Shown: positions 1 to 10,576 of the stretch, in pieces
How the letters are laid out: each line of letters opens with the position of its first letter
How positions within the stretch are numbered: position 1 is the stretch's first letter
Assembly (NCBI GenBank): GCA_045226015.1
Contig: JBGVBY010000004.1
Span: 20,329 to 84,328 of the forward strand
DNA length: 64,000 bases
Source of the DNA: Bacilli bacterium
GTDB taxonomy: Bacteria > Bacillota_I > Bacilli_A > RFN20 > CAG-826
Direction: 5' to 3'
The notes under the pieces: model-generated
Databases searched by the model: none
Told to the model about the DNA's origin: nothing
Seen by the model: the letters and a program-made list of their open reading frames with translations, nothing else
Translations under genes and position numbers: made by a program

Positions 1-71
1 AAAGAAAGATTGATGTTTTTAAGCACAAAGCGGTTGTTATATTTTTTAGATACATTTTTAAGGTCAATCAT
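1..71 (-). CDS. ABC transporter ATP-binding protein, N-terminal fragment (runs off window edge)
   Basis: Not in the ORF track. ATG at 71 overlaps the upstream stop (ATGA) and reads MIDLKNVSKKYNNRFVLKNINLS, a typical ABC ATPase N-terminus. Confidence 0.75.
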   Translation of the reverse strand, partial: MIDLKNVSKKYNNRFVLKNINLS

Positions 72-2167
72 ATAGTTTTCAGTTCTCCTTTTATCGAATG
101 TTTTTTTGACAAGAAAATTGGAAGAAGTGTAGCGATAAACGAAACTAAGAAAACACCTAACAGAATCAAAATAGGGAATAAAAAACGAATTCCTAAGTAC
201 TGTGAGTAAGGAATAAGAATCAAATCTTTTACATCCAAGTTATTATAGATAAGAGAATTAATGATTTTAGAAAACAAGAGCGAGGTAAGAGAAGAAATGG
301 CAATCGCAAAAACACCATTAATGATGGATTCTCCTAAATATATTGAAGAGATGTCTTCATTTGACGCTCCTAAAGAGGAAAGAATCGCGCTGTTTTTTCT
401 ATCTTCAGAATAACTAGTAAAAGAGATGATGCTTAAGATAAGAATAGAACCGATAAAGCAGATTATTAAAAAGAGAATGACCCCATATTCAGCAACTTCT
501 AAAAAAATAAATAACGAATTAGCAACTAATAAGGATTGATTAGAGTAAACGAGGTTACCACCAACATTAATCCCATTAAACAATAGGTCCTTTTTGCTTA
601 TATCCTTCAAAAACAATGAATAAGAATAGGAAGATAAAATGGAATGATCATCTGAAGTAAGCACTCTATCATACCATGATATATCTATGCCTTTGTAGGT
701 TGATAGATTTAGTAAAAGTAGCTCTTTTAAATATTCGCTTAATTTACTATAACTATAATAAATTTTAGGAGTTGATAAATACCTTAAATCTTTTACTACT
801 CCCGATATTTTTAAAGTTCTACTTATTCTAAACACATCAATGACTTCTAACTGTAATTCATCCATGTAAGATGTGATTAGTTCGTTCTTTATGGTTATAG
901 TCTCTCCAATTGGATTTCTATTTAAATCAGTAAGAAGATGGCTATATGCTTCTTCATTAATAAAAACCTCATCGAAATTATCTATTTCTGGCAATGAAGC
1001 ATATACTATTTGAGAGGCATCTACGTATCTAGCATTTAGAGAATATACAGGCGTGAAATTATAGTTATACAAAGATGTGTCTTTATATGAAATTTGAATA
1101 TTTGAAGGGATAATTGCCGAAAAATTAGGACAAATATGGAAATTTTCAGTCAAAAAGCTAATATCTTCAAGCTTGCTCAATTTAGGTCTACTACTCTTAG
1201 ATAAAGATAACAAACCGCTGCCAGATGTTTTCACTTCTTCTGATATTGTTCCAGAGCCAAATGCAAATTGCTTAGATGTTGCATCTTTAAGCGCTTTTGT
1301 CTTGTTATCACTAAACCCTAAAACCAGATATAGCAATGTTAAACTAATACTAAAAGCAAGCACACAAAAAATATTTCTTTTTATATGCTTTCGATAATTC
1401 GATAGAAGAAAAATATTGGTCCAAATAGATGATCTTTTTGTCTTTATTTCCTCAACTACTTTATTATTGCTTTCTTTGTTTTTAATGTAAGAGTCGCTTA
1501 CAACCTTACCGTCAGATAATTCAATAATTCTGTCCGAGTATGGTTTTGTTAGTTGTAGGTTGTGAGAAACTAGTATCACTAATCTACTTTTACTTATTTC
1601 TTTTAAGTATTCAATTACTGTTTTGGAATTAGAAGAATCTAAAGCACCAGTTGGCTCATCACAAAAAATTATTTTTGGATTATTTATTAACGCTCTAGCA
1701 ATACATACCCTCTGAGTTTCTCCTCCAGACAGATATTTAGCCTTCACGTTCCATAATTCTTCACTTATGTTGAATCTTTTTAATAACTCTTTAGCGGCTT
1801 TTACCGCCTTTTTTCTTTTTACTCCACTTATTAAAGCAGGGACTATAACATTTTGAATAACGTTAAGATTTGAAAACAAATGATATTCCTGATAAATGAT
1901 ACCTATACTTTTATTTCTGAATTTATTCTCTTTGTTTCCTCTAATTGAACTATAGCTCTTGTTGTTATAATACAAATCACCACTACTAGGCTTATCTAGT
2001 TTTGATAGAAGATTGATCAATGTCGACTTTCCACTTCCAGAATGGCCAGAGATAAGCACTAAACCTCTGTCATCAAAGGATAGATTTGTGGACTTCAAAG
2101 CGTAAAACTCTTGAGTTTTGTTGATCTGATATTTTTTAGAAATGTCTTTGGCAATTAATAGTTTCAT
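68..2167 (-). CDS. MacB/FtsX-like fused ABC ATPase-permease
   Basis: Walker A GHSGSGKS, signature LSGGETQR, Walker B IFCDEPTG, H-loop VSH; one TM helix, a large extracellular loop, then an FtsX-type C-terminal TM bundle. Confidence 0.9.
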   Translation of the reverse strand: MKLLIAKDISKKYQINKTQEFYALKSTNLSFDDRGLVLISGHSGSGKSTLINLLSKLDKPSSGDLYYNNKSYSSIRGNKENKFRNKSIGIIYQEYHLFSNLNVIQNVIVPALISGVKRKKAVKAAKELLKRFNISEELWNVKAKYLSGGETQRVCIARALINNPKIIFCDEPTGALDSSNSKTVIEYLKEISKSRLVILVSHNLQLTKPYSDRIIELSDGKVVSDSYIKNKESNNKVVEEIKTKRSSIWTNIFLLSNYRKHIKRNIFCVLAFSISLTLLYLVLGFSDNKTKALKDATSKQFAFGSGTISEEVKTSGSGLLSLSKSSRPKLSKLEDISFLTENFHICPNFSAIIPSNIQISYKDTSLYNYNFTPVYSLNARYVDASQIVYASLPEIDNFDEVFINEEAYSHLLTDLNRNPIGETITIKNELITSYMDELQLEVIDVFRISRTLKISGVVKDLRYLSTPKIYYSYSKLSEYLKELLLLNLSTYKGIDISWYDRVLTSDDHSILSSYSYSLFLKDISKKDLLFNGINVGGNLVYSNQSLLVANSLFIFLEVAEYGVILFLIICFIGSILILSIISFTSYSEDRKNSAILSSLGASNEDISSIYLGESIINGVFAIAISSLTSLLFSKIINSLIYNNLDVKDLILIPYSQYLGIRFLFPILILLGVFLVSFIATLLPIFLSKKHSIKGELKTI

Positions 2168-2175
2168 AGAAAAAC

Positions 2176-2214
2176 CCCCTCATTATTTAAATAGGGGGAT
2201 TTTTCAATTTTTTT
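2176..2214 (-). promoter_or_regulatory. Shared 39-bp motif, copy 1 (candidate alternative-sigma promoter or operator); also folds as a CCCCCT/AGGGGG hairpin plus T-run that could terminate fhs
   Basis: AAAAAAATTGAAAAATCCCCCTATTTAAATAATGAGGGG aligns without gaps to the copies at 10068-10106 and 12026-12064. Confidence 0.65.
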
Positions 2215-2225
2215 AAAAATTTTCT

Positions 2226-3830
2226 TTAATTATTTTCCATTTTGACTGCGGCAGGTACTTTTGGAAGGCCTGGCATAGTCATAATTGAACCAGTAAGAGG
2301 AACAATGAATCCCGCTCCACTAGATAGTCTAACTTCTCTAATTGTGATGTCAAAATCATCAGGTGCGCCTTGAATCTTTGCGTTATCTGTAAATGATAAT
2401 GGAGTCTTAGCAATACAAATAGGAGTCTTGTCGTACCCAATCTTTGTAAATGCTTCAATTTGTTCTAAAGCTTTATCGGTGTAAACAACATTTTTCGCTC
2501 TATAGATTTCTTTACAAATCTTTTCAATTTTAGCTTTGATTGGTTCATTAACATCATATAAAGGATGGTATTTACTTTCCTCTTTATCTAATGTTTCAAG
2601 CACTAAGTTTGCTAAAGCAACACCACCTTCTGCGCCTTTAGAGAAGGAATCGCAGAAAGCATATTTGTAATTTTGTTTTTTGCATAGCTCTTTAAGAGTT
2701 TCGGTTTCTTTTTCTGTATCGCTTTCAAAGTGATTGATACATACAACAGCAGGAACTCCATATTTAGCAATATTTTCCATATGTCTTTGAAGATTCTTAA
2801 AGCCAATAGTTAAAGCTTCAATATTTTCTTTTTCTAAATCATCATAAGATGACCCACCGTGGAGTTTGAGTGCTCTAATAGTAGCAACCATAACAACAGC
2901 GTTAGGAGTTAATCCTCCAACACGACATTTTATATCTAAGAACTTTTCTGCGCCTAAATCAGCACCAAAACCTGCCTCTGTAACAACAATTGGGGCAAGT
3001 TTAAGTGCCATCTTTGTGGCCATAATGGAATTACATCCATGAGCGATATTAGCAAATGGTCCTCCATGAATTAAGCATGGATTATCTTCTAGTGTTTGTA
3101 CAAGATTAGGATTAAACGCGTTTTTCATCAATTTATAAATAGCGTTATTGATATGTAACGAATCTAAATAAACAGGGTTACCATCTAAATCATAGGCCAC
3201 CATGATGTTTTTAATACGTTTAATAAAATCATCAGGATCTTTGGCTAAGCACAAGATCGCCATAAGTTCACTGGCAACCGTAATCACAAATTCATCATGA
3301 CGTGGTTCACTTTTCTTTTCATCTTGATTAACAGTGACAGATCTTAACGCTCTATCATTCATATCAAGAGCGCGTTTCCATAAGATTCTACTTGGGTCAA
3401 TTCTTAATTCGTTGCCTTGGAAGATATGGTTATCAATAATTGCGGAGATTAAGTTAATTGAACTAGTCAAAGCATGCATATCACCAGTAAAGTGAAGATT
3501 TATATCTTCAGATGGGATAACACTAGCCTTTCCTCCGCCTGTTGCCCCACCTTTTAGTCCAAAGACAGGACCTAAAGAAGGTTCTCTAAGACAGAGCAAG
3601 GAATTAACACCAACTTTTCTTAATCCGTCTTGAAGAGCAATAGATGTTGTTGTCTTTCCTTCTCCAGCTTTTGTAGGAGTAATAGCGGTAACTAAAACGA
3701 GTTTACCGTCTTTGTTATCTTTCAACTTTTCGTTAATCTTTAAATCAATTTTCGCTTTGTCATTACCATAAGGAATAACAAACTCCTTATCAATGTTTGC
3801 TTTTTTGGCAATTTCGAATATATCTAGCAT
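2226..3830 (-). CDS. fhs: Formate--tetrahydrofolate ligase
   Basis: TPTKAGEGKTT, GLKGGATGGG, HGGPFANIAHG and MTMPGLP motifs. Confidence 0.97.
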   Translation of the reverse strand: MLDIFEIAKKANIDKEFVIPYGNDKAKIDLKINEKLKDNKDGKLVLVTAITPTKAGEGKTTTSIALQDGLRKVGVNSLLCLREPSLGPVFGLKGGATGGGKASVIPSEDINLHFTGDMHALTSSINLISAIIDNHIFQGNELRIDPSRILWKRALDMNDRALRSVTVNQDEKKSEPRHDEFVITVASELMAILCLAKDPDDFIKRIKNIMVAYDLDGNPVYLDSLHINNAIYKLMKNAFNPNLVQTLEDNPCLIHGGPFANIAHGCNSIMATKMALKLAPIVVTEAGFGADLGAEKFLDIKCRVGGLTPNAVVMVATIRALKLHGGSSYDDLEKENIEALTIGFKNLQRHMENIAKYGVPAVVCINHFESDTEKETETLKELCKKQNYKYAFCDSFSKGAEGGVALANLVLETLDKEESKYHPLYDVNEPIKAKIEKICKEIYRAKNVVYTDKALEQIEAFTKIGYDKTPICIAKTPLSFTDNAKIQGAPDDFDITIREVRLSSGAGFIVPLTGSIMTMPGLPKVPAAVKMENN

Positions 3831-3834
3831 GGTT

Positions 3835-4707
3835 TTACTCCTTTATTGCATTTATTAATTCATCTATAGTTTTGTATTCTTCACTAACGAATTGGTTCTT
3901 GAAGAATGTTACCTGTCTTTTAGCGTAGTTTCTAGTCCTCTTTTGTATGGTACTTATTGCTTCTTGAATAGAGTAATTACTATGTAAGAACTCAATTATT
4001 TCTTTATATCCAATTCCCTGTTTAGCGGTTAATGATAGCTCATATTTATTAAGTAAATCTTTCACTTCTTCCACTAAACCTGAATCCACCATTTCTAGAA
4101 CTCTATCGTTAATATTTTGATATAACTCATCTCTATTTGGTGATAGATATAGAAGTCTAACATCTTTATATATCATTTCATGTTTTTGAGAATTGATACG
4201 TTCAGATTTACTGACACCACTATTACGAATCATAGATATCGCTCTTATAAGTCGTTTACGATTGTTGATATGAATCTTGCTAGCGCTCTCTTTATCTAAT
4301 GATAAAAGAGTTTGATACAATTCTTCATTAGTCAACTTTTCTAAGTCACTATTATCAACTTTATCTTCGATAGCAAACTCATAATCATATAACGTTGCTC
4401 TTAGATATAATCCCGTTCCACCGACAAGTATTACATCTTTATCTTTCTTCAGGCACTTATCTATCTCTTTTCTAGCGAGGTTTTGATATTCCATAACCGA
4501 GAATGTCTCGCTAGGAGAAACAATATCTAATAAATGATAACGTTTATAATGTGGATCCTTTTTATCGAGCTTAGAGGTTCCGATATCCATATCTTTATAG
4601 ATTTGAAATGCATCAAAATTAATCGCATCACAATTAAGGATGTCCATTAATTTATTAGTTGCAGTAGTTTTGCCACTGCAAGTTGGACCCATAATCACAT
4701 AAATCAT
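3835..4707 (-). CDS. miaA: tRNA dimethylallyltransferase
   Basis: GPTCSGKT, DAFQIYKDMDIGT, VGGTGLY, TRNYAKRQ. Start moved to ATG 4707. Confidence 0.95.
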   Translation of the reverse strand: MIYVIMGPTCSGKTTATNKLMDILNCDAINFDAFQIYKDMDIGTSKLDKKDPHYKRYHLLDIVSPSETFSVMEYQNLARKEIDKCLKKDKDVILVGGTGLYLRATLYDYEFAIEDKVDNSDLEKLTNEELYQTLLSLDKESASKIHINNRKRLIRAISMIRNSGVSKSERINSQKHEMIYKDVRLLYLSPNRDELYQNINDRVLEMVDSGLVEEVKDLLNKYELSLTAKQGIGYKEIIEFLHSNYSIQEAISTIQKRTRNYAKRQVTFFKNQFVSEEYKTIDELINAIKE

Positions 4708-4723
4708 AGAAACACTATATAAC

Positions 4724-4750
4724 AAAAAGAAGTGAAATTCATCACTTCTT
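4724..4750 (-). terminator. Intrinsic terminator after the miaB-ricA unit
   Basis: AAGAAGTGA-TGAATT-TCACTTCTT followed by a T-run on the minus strand. Confidence 0.6.
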
Positions 4751-5017
4751 ATTGATAATATCGCATATTTCTTTTAGATAGCTGGCAACTTCTTTTTCTA
4801 ATTCTTTAAGATTGACCACTAGAGGATCTGAATTATATTCAGTAAGTAGTTCCTTTTTTCTAGAAGGATTAGAAGAGGAACGCACGATATCTTTTTTAAG
4901 TTCTTGTAGTCTTTTAGAGCTTTCCACTAAAGACTTGGTTCGCTCATATTCAATAAATAGTGGCAACTCATCAATTTCTTTCTTTAACTCATGAGTCAAC
5001 TCAATCACTTTACTCAT
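4742..5017 (-). CDS. YlbF/YmcA (RicA-like) family protein, short form
   Basis: Helical 91-aa protein in the Bacilli rny-ymdB-miaB-ymcA position, with a P..v..l...e.e...yl.eI..iI C-terminal pattern. Confidence 0.6.
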   Translation of the reverse strand: MSKVIELTHELKKEIDELPLFIEYERTKSLVESSKRLQELKKDIVRSSSNPSRKKELLTEYNSDPLVVNLKELEKEVASYLKEICDIINKK

Positions 5018-6449
5018 TAACTAATTCTCCTAATAAAGAATAAGTATGACTTTCAGTAACTTTAACATTAACGATCTTACCAATTAAAGATTCATCACCT
5101 TTGAAATGAACAAGTTTATTGCTTTCAGTGTAACCACTTAGCATTGATTTATCAGTCTTACTGACAGTATCCACTAAAACCTTATATGTATTACCGATAT
5201 ATGATTTAGCGTCCTTTTCAATGTTAACCTCTAAATGCTTAACTAATTCTTTAAATCTTCTACTCTTATCACTGTAAGGGACATTATCCACCATTTTAGC
5301 GGCAGGAGTGCCTCTTCTAGGAGAATATATAAAGGTAAATGCGCTCTCATATTTAACTTCATCTACAAGAGATAAAGTGTCATTAAATTGTTCTTCGGTT
5401 TCATTAGGGAATCCAACAATAATATCAGTGCTTAAAGATAGGCCAGGAATTTTACTTCTCATCTCTTTAACTAATGATAAATAATGTTCGCGATTATAAC
5501 GTCTACCCATGAGGCGTAAAACTTCATCACTACCTGATTGAACAGGAAGGTGAATACACTTCATGATATTATCGTATTTTGCAATAATTTCTATCATTTT
5601 GCTGGAGAAATCCCAAGGATGTGAGGTTGTGAAGCGAATTCTAGGAATACCCATTTTTGCCGCTTCTTCAAGTACATCTGCAAAGTCATGTCCTTCATCT
5701 AAATCCTTGCCGTATGCATTAACATTTTGACCGAGGAAAGTGATCTCTTGATAATTCGCTTTTTTAAGTTCACGAACCTCATCCATAATATCAGCAAATT
5801 TACGGCTTCTTTCTTTTCCTCGAGTATATGGAACAATGCAATACGTACAGAATTTATTACATCCATAAATAATGTTCACAAACGCCTTGAATTCATTGTT
5901 TCTAGTGACTGGTAATTTCTCTACAACTTCGCCTTGCTTACTCTCGATAGAAATTAACCTATAATCGTTTGTAATTACTGTGTAAACCAAATCAAGTAAT
6001 TGATCGATTTCATGAGTGCCAAAATAGAGATTAACTTCAGGGAATTTGTCCTGAAGAACTTGAAGAATTTCTGGTTGCTCCACCATACATCCACAAATTG
6101 CTAATACTAACTCTTTGTTTGATTTACGGTATTTCTTTAAATTACCTATTTCTCCATATACTTTATCTTCAGCGTTTTCTCTAACTGCACAAGTGTTGAT
6201 GATAATGACACTGGCTTTGCTCGGATCGTCGGTTTTTGAATATCCAACGCTTTCAAGCATGCCTCTCATTGTCTCTTCGTCACGCACATTAGCCTGACAG
6301 CCATAAGTGTGGATATAGTAGAGTTTATTAGCTGCCAATGATTTAAGTTCTTCAAAATGTATTGTTTTAGTGTCAACGAAAACAGTATCGTGTTTTTCAC
6401 GATTATGAGCAGCTATTAAATCAGGATAATTAACAATCTTTGTCTTCAT
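5010..6449 (-). CDS. miaB: tRNA-2-methylthio-N6-dimethylallyladenosine synthase
   Basis: TYGCQAN, NTCAVRE, radical-SAM CNKFCTYC, C-terminal TRAM domain. Confidence 0.97.
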   Translation of the reverse strand: MKTKIVNYPDLIAAHNREKHDTVFVDTKTIHFEELKSLAANKLYYIHTYGCQANVRDEETMRGMLESVGYSKTDDPSKASVIIINTCAVRENAEDKVYGEIGNLKKYRKSNKELVLAICGCMVEQPEILQVLQDKFPEVNLYFGTHEIDQLLDLVYTVITNDYRLISIESKQGEVVEKLPVTRNNEFKAFVNIIYGCNKFCTYCIVPYTRGKERSRKFADIMDEVRELKKANYQEITFLGQNVNAYGKDLDEGHDFADVLEEAAKMGIPRIRFTTSHPWDFSSKMIEIIAKYDNIMKCIHLPVQSGSDEVLRLMGRRYNREHYLSLVKEMRSKIPGLSLSTDIIVGFPNETEEQFNDTLSLVDEVKYESAFTFIYSPRRGTPAAKMVDNVPYSDKSRRFKELVKHLEVNIEKDAKSYIGNTYKVLVDTVSKTDKSMLSGYTESNKLVHFKGDESLIGKIVNVKVTESHTYSLLGELVNE

Positions 6450-6450
6450 C

Positions 6451-7233
6451 TTATTTCTCTACAAAATATATTGGGAATATATCTTTACACTTACCGTTAA
6501 GTTCATCAACATCAAGCACTACTGCACTTAATAAGCCCTTTCCTTCACTAGGAATATCAAACCTAACGTTATTCCCATACATTAATTTATTAACAACAGT
6601 GTCTTTATCAAATCCTAATACACCATCAGCAAGTCCGGTCATACCGACATCACTAATAAATGCAGTGCCATTAGGCAAAATCTTATAGTCTCTAGTTTGT
6701 ACGTGTGTATGGGTACCAAGAACAGCTGTTACTTTTCCGTCTAAAGCCTGCGCTAAACACATCTTTTCTCCAGTTGCTTCCGCATGGAAATCAACGATAT
6801 GGATAGTCGTGTCTTCGTTATCCGCTAGATAATCAATTAAAGAATAATATGGATTATTTACTTCTTCGTTCAAAAACGCTGAACCAAGTAAGTTAGTAAT
6901 TCTTATCGATACTCCATTAACTTCAAAGACCAAACTTCCTTCTCCAGGAAAGTCATGTGTAAGATTAAGAGGACGAACGAGTCGATCAACTCGATCAATA
7001 TATCCTCTTATATCTTTTTTAGATTCATAATGGTTACCTAAAGTAACAACATCAACACCACTTTCAATTAATTCGAAATAGTGATGTCTAAGTAGTCCTT
7101 TACCATGACTTGTATTCTCCCCGTTAGCGATAACGAAATCAATCTCGTATTTATCGACTAAAGAAGGGAGATGGTCTTTAACCATGCGTCTACCAATACG
7201 GCCGACAACATCTCCAATAAATAATATTTTCAA
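6451..7233 (-). CDS. ymdB: YmdB-family metallophosphoesterase
   Basis: GDVVG, NGEN, TLGNH, DFHAEATGEK, GTHTHVQT, DVGMTG; located next to rny. Confidence 0.93.
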   Translation of the reverse strand: MKILFIGDVVGRIGRRMVKDHLPSLVDKYEIDFVIANGENTSHGKGLLRHHYFELIESGVDVVTLGNHYESKKDIRGYIDRVDRLVRPLNLTHDFPGEGSLVFEVNGVSIRITNLLGSAFLNEEVNNPYYSLIDYLADNEDTTIHIVDFHAEATGEKMCLAQALDGKVTAVLGTHTHVQTRDYKILPNGTAFISDVGMTGLADGVLGFDKDTVVNKLMYGNNVRFDIPSEGKGLLSAVVLDVDELNGKCKDIFPIYFVEK

Positions 7234-7258
7234 AATTTATCTTTCTAGAAGTAATTAA

Positions 7259-8821
7259 TTACTTCGCGGTTTCTACCGCACGATATTCTCTAATAACAGA
7301 GACTTTGATTTGACCAGGATAGGTCATCTCATTCTCAATGCGTTCTTTGATATCTTTAGCGAGTTTAAACGCTCCAATATCGTCAATCTTGTCTGGCATA
7401 ACCATAACTCTGAGTTCTCTACCAGATTGCATCGCGTAGCTTTGATAAACTCCATCGTAAGATTTACAAATCTCTTCGAGTTTTTCAATTCTTTGAATGT
7501 AGTTTTCAAGCATTTCACTTCTCGCTCCAGGTCTAGCAGCGCTTAATGTATCCGCAGCTTGGACTAAGTTAGAGATAACGAATTTAGCAGGAACGTCTCC
7601 ATGGTGAGATTCAATCGCATTAATAACAACTTCACCTTCACCATATTTTTTAGCAAGTCTAGAGCCAACTTCAACGTGGCTTCCATCAACTTCAAAGTCG
7701 CAACTCTTACCAATATCGTGTAAGAGACCTGCTCTTTTTGCTAAGTTTTGATCTAAACCAAGTTCAGCCGCCATAGCGCCTGCGAGTTGAGCAACTTCAA
7801 TAGAGTGTTCTAAGGCGTTTTGGCCATAAGAAGTACGGTATCTTAATCTACCAACATAGTCTAAGAGTTCACGATTAATTCTTGGTAATCCAAGTTTAAA
7901 GGCAACATCTTGACCAGTCTTATGGATTGTTTCTTCAACTTCCTGTTTACATTTTTCAACGATTTCTTCAATTCTTCCTGGTTGAATACGGCCATCTTTA
8001 ATTAAGGCTTCTAAGGCCATAGTGGCGATTTCTCTTCTAATTGGGTTAAAGCAAGAAATGGTAATAACTTCAGGAGTATCATCAATAATCAAGTCAACAC
8101 CTAAAAGTGTTTCAATGGTACGGATGTTTCTGCCTTCTCTACCAATGATTCTTCCTTTCATCTCATCTGTAGGAAGAGCAACAACTGAAACAGTCTTTTC
8201 AATTGTAGTTTCTTGAGCGTATTTGCTCATTGCTAAGCCCATAATTTCTTGAGCTTTTTGAGCAGCAGTTTCCTTAGCCTCGTCTTCTTTATTTTTCATA
8301 TAGATGGCGATTTCTTTAGAAACTTTAGATTCCACTCTTTTAAATAATTCGTCTTTTGCGTCTTGAGTAGACATTTGAGCAACGTTTTCTAATTCAACAA
8401 TAATGGAATCAATTTTCTCTTGAAGAACTTTTTCTTTCTTATCGACTTCTTTAAGACGTCTATTTAAGTTTTCATTCTTCTCGTCTAATGAGTTTTCTTT
8501 TTGAATTAACGCAGTGTCACGTCTATCAATACTTTGTTCTCTTTGTAAGAGCTTGTTTTCTTGAGCAGCAATTTCAATTTTTCTTTCTTTGATTTCTTTA
8601 TCTGCTTCAATCTTCATTTCATTAATGGTTTGTTTTCCGTCTAATTGAGCGTTCTTTAAAATGTGTTCCGCTTTGATTTCGGCTTCTCTAACAATTTTGC
8701 TTCCTTTGTTTTGATCTCTTTGTTTCTTAAAGAATGGCACAAAGAAAACTACAGCAGCGCCTAAAACAAAACAGACAAACGCGATGATAACTGGCAAACC
8801 ATATTGCATAAATGCATTCAT
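7259..8821 (-). CDS. rny: Ribonuclease Y
   Basis: N-terminal TM helix, coiled coil, KH domain ([13 protein letters not shown]), HD domain (LLHDIGK). Confidence 0.97.
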   Translation of the reverse strand: MNAFMQYGLPVIIAFVCFVLGAAVVFFVPFFKKQRDQNKGSKIVREAEIKAEHILKNAQLDGKQTINEMKIEADKEIKERKIEIAAQENKLLQREQSIDRRDTALIQKENSLDEKNENLNRRLKEVDKKEKVLQEKIDSIIVELENVAQMSTQDAKDELFKRVESKVSKEIAIYMKNKEDEAKETAAQKAQEIMGLAMSKYAQETTIEKTVSVVALPTDEMKGRIIGREGRNIRTIETLLGVDLIIDDTPEVITISCFNPIRREIATMALEALIKDGRIQPGRIEEIVEKCKQEVEETIHKTGQDVAFKLGLPRINRELLDYVGRLRYRTSYGQNALEHSIEVAQLAGAMAAELGLDQNLAKRAGLLHDIGKSCDFEVDGSHVEVGSRLAKKYGEGEVVINAIESHHGDVPAKFVISNLVQAADTLSAARPGARSEMLENYIQRIEKLEEICKSYDGVYQSYAMQSGRELRVMVMPDKIDDIGAFKLAKDIKERIENEMTYPGQIKVSVIREYRAVETAK

Positions 8822-8848
8822 ACAATTTGTCCTTTCTAAAATAAATAC

Positions 8849-8992
8849 ATAGTCAAAGACTATTTACCTAGAATCCACCTAAAAATATTATTAAGTATGA
8901 TCTTTTATAAATAACAGGTTTCCCTGATAAAACAGTTTCTCTTTGGAGAATCTATAGGTAAGTATCTCTACGAAAGATACACGAATATTATA
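8849..8992 (-). promoter_or_regulatory. Putative rny promoter (-10 TATAAT at 8987-8992) and multi-hairpin 5' leader
   Basis: Stems GTATCT/AGATAC, TTACCTA/TAGGTAA, TTCTC/GAGAA, CAGG-GAAA-CCTG and ATAGTC/GACTAT. Confidence 0.5.
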
Positions 8993-9025
8993 TTTAATAT
9001 TGTTTTAAGATAAAAGAAGTTTTAT

Positions 9026-9053
9026 AGAAAAGGATGATTCAATGAACCATCCT
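9026..9053 (-). terminator. Intrinsic terminator of recA
   Basis: AGGATGGTTC-ATT-GAATCATCCT followed by TTTCT. Confidence 0.7.
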
Positions 9054-9059
9054 AATTCT

Positions 9060-10061
9060 TTATAACTTTTGATCTTTAATTTCCTTGATCTTCTTAAGGA
9101 GTTCTTCCTTAACATCTTCATTAGCTTTAATGTATTCTTTAGCGCTATCGCGGCCTTGAGCAATCTTGCTTCCGTTATATTCGAACCAAGCGCCACTCTT
9201 TTTGATGATACCAAGTTCAACAGCACGATCAAGAATCTCGGCTTCCTTAGAAATACCTTGGCCATAAATAATATCAATCTCGCATTGTTTAAATGGTGGG
9301 CTAACTTTGTTTTTAACAACCTTAATTCTACAAGTGTTACCAGTAACATCGCTTCCTGATTTAATGGCTTCGGTTCTACGAATATCAAGTCTAATAGAAG
9401 CATAGAATTTAAGCGCTCTACCACCACTTGTGGTTTCTGGATTACCGTACATAACACCAACCTTTTCTCTTAATTGGTTAATGAAGATAATCGCACATTC
9501 TTTTTTGTTAAGAATACCAGCAAGTTTTCTCATTGCTTTACTCATTAAGCGCGCTTGCATGCCAACAGAGTTATCGCCCATTTCACCATCAAGTTCAGCT
9601 TGAGGTACTAAAGCAGCGACGCTATCAACAATAAGAAGATCAATCGCGCCACTACTAACAAGCATCTCTGAAATCTCTAAAGCTTGTTCGCCGCTATCAG
9701 GTTGCGAAAGAATGAGTTCATCAATGTTAACTCCTAAATTCTTTGCGTAGATAGGATCAATCGCGTGCTCAGCGTCAATAAAAGCTGCACGTCCACCTTG
9801 TTTTTGACATTCTGCTATCGCGTGTAACGCAAGCGTAGTTTTACCACTACTCTCAGGGCCAAAAATTTCAATAATTCTTCCTCTAGGATATCCACCCACT
9901 CCAAGAGCTTCGTCTAAGAGAAGGGAACCGGAAGGAATTACAGAAACGTCTACAGCAGGTCTATCTCCTAAGACCATAACTGCACCTTTACCAAATGTTT
10001 TTTGGATTTCGTTTAGAACTGCGTCGAGTTCTTTTGAGTCAATTTGTTTTTTCTTTTCCAT
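9060..10061 (-). CDS. recA: Recombinase A
   Basis: [34 protein letters not shown]. Confidence 0.99.
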   Translation of the reverse strand: MEKKKQIDSKELDAVLNEIQKTFGKGAVMVLGDRPAVDVSVIPSGSLLLDEALGVGGYPRGRIIEIFGPESSGKTTLALHAIAECQKQGGRAAFIDAEHAIDPIYAKNLGVNIDELILSQPDSGEQALEISEMLVSSGAIDLLIVDSVAALVPQAELDGEMGDNSVGMQARLMSKAMRKLAGILNKKECAIIFINQLREKVGVMYGNPETTSGGRALKFYASIRLDIRRTEAIKSGSDVTGNTCRIKVVKNKVSPPFKQCEIDIIYGQGISKEAEILDRAVELGIIKKSGAWFEYNGSKIAQGRDSAKEYIKANEDVKEELLKKIKEIKDQKL

Positions 10062-10067
10062 AAAAGT

Positions 10068-10106
10068 CTCCTCACTATTTAAATAGGAAGAAAATGCGAT
10101 TTTTTT
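10068..10106 (-). promoter_or_regulatory. Shared 39-bp motif, copy 2, fused to the recA ribosome-binding site
   Basis: AAAAAAATCGCATTTTCTTCCTATTTAAATAGTGAGGAG, 36/39 identical to 12026-12064. Confidence 0.7.
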
Positions 10107-10575
10107 AATTATTTTCTTGTAATTTTTTTTCTAAAATTTCACAAGCAATATTAATTGCTTGATTTTGTATACTTTTTCTATCCCCTTCAAGAAGATATGA
10201 AAATACTTGGCATTTATCATAGAAAGCAACGCCTATATAAACTTCTCCAACTTTCTTGTCTTCCATTGCAGTTGGACCAGCGTTTCCAGTAAAAGAAACA
10301 CAATAATCTACATTAAGAAGAACTTTAGCACGGCTCGCCATTTCTCCTGCAACTTCTTGAGATACAACTCCATATCTATCAATGATTGAATAAGGAATTC
10401 CTAATATGCGTGCCTTTTCTTCAGTCGCGTATGTAACTAATGAACCTTTAAAAAAATGAGAAGCACCGCTTATAGAAGTAATGGCGCTAGCAAAACTACC
10501 ACCAGTAAAAGATTCTACTGAACCAAGTGTTCTGCCTTTTTCTCTAAATAATCTATTAAGTTCTTCAACGGTCAT
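10105..10575 (-). CDS. cinA: CinA C-terminal domain protein (NMN deamidase, PncC-like)
   Basis: [37 protein letters not shown]; upstream of recA. Confidence 0.9.
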   Translation of the reverse strand: MTVEELNRLFREKGRTLGSVESFTGGSFASAITSISGASHFFKGSLVTYATEEKARILGIPYSIIDRYGVVSQEVAGEMASRAKVLLNVDYCVSFTGNAGPTAMEDKKVGEVYIGVAFYDKCQVFSYLLEGDRKSIQNQAINIACEILEKKLQENN

Positions 10576-10576
10576 A

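Noticed and set aside
9005-9460. 151-aa alternative-frame ORF in recA, and the many other 60-140 aa shadow ORFs in the track
   Set aside because: They overlap well-supported genes, lack SDs and motifs, and are expected from codon bias.
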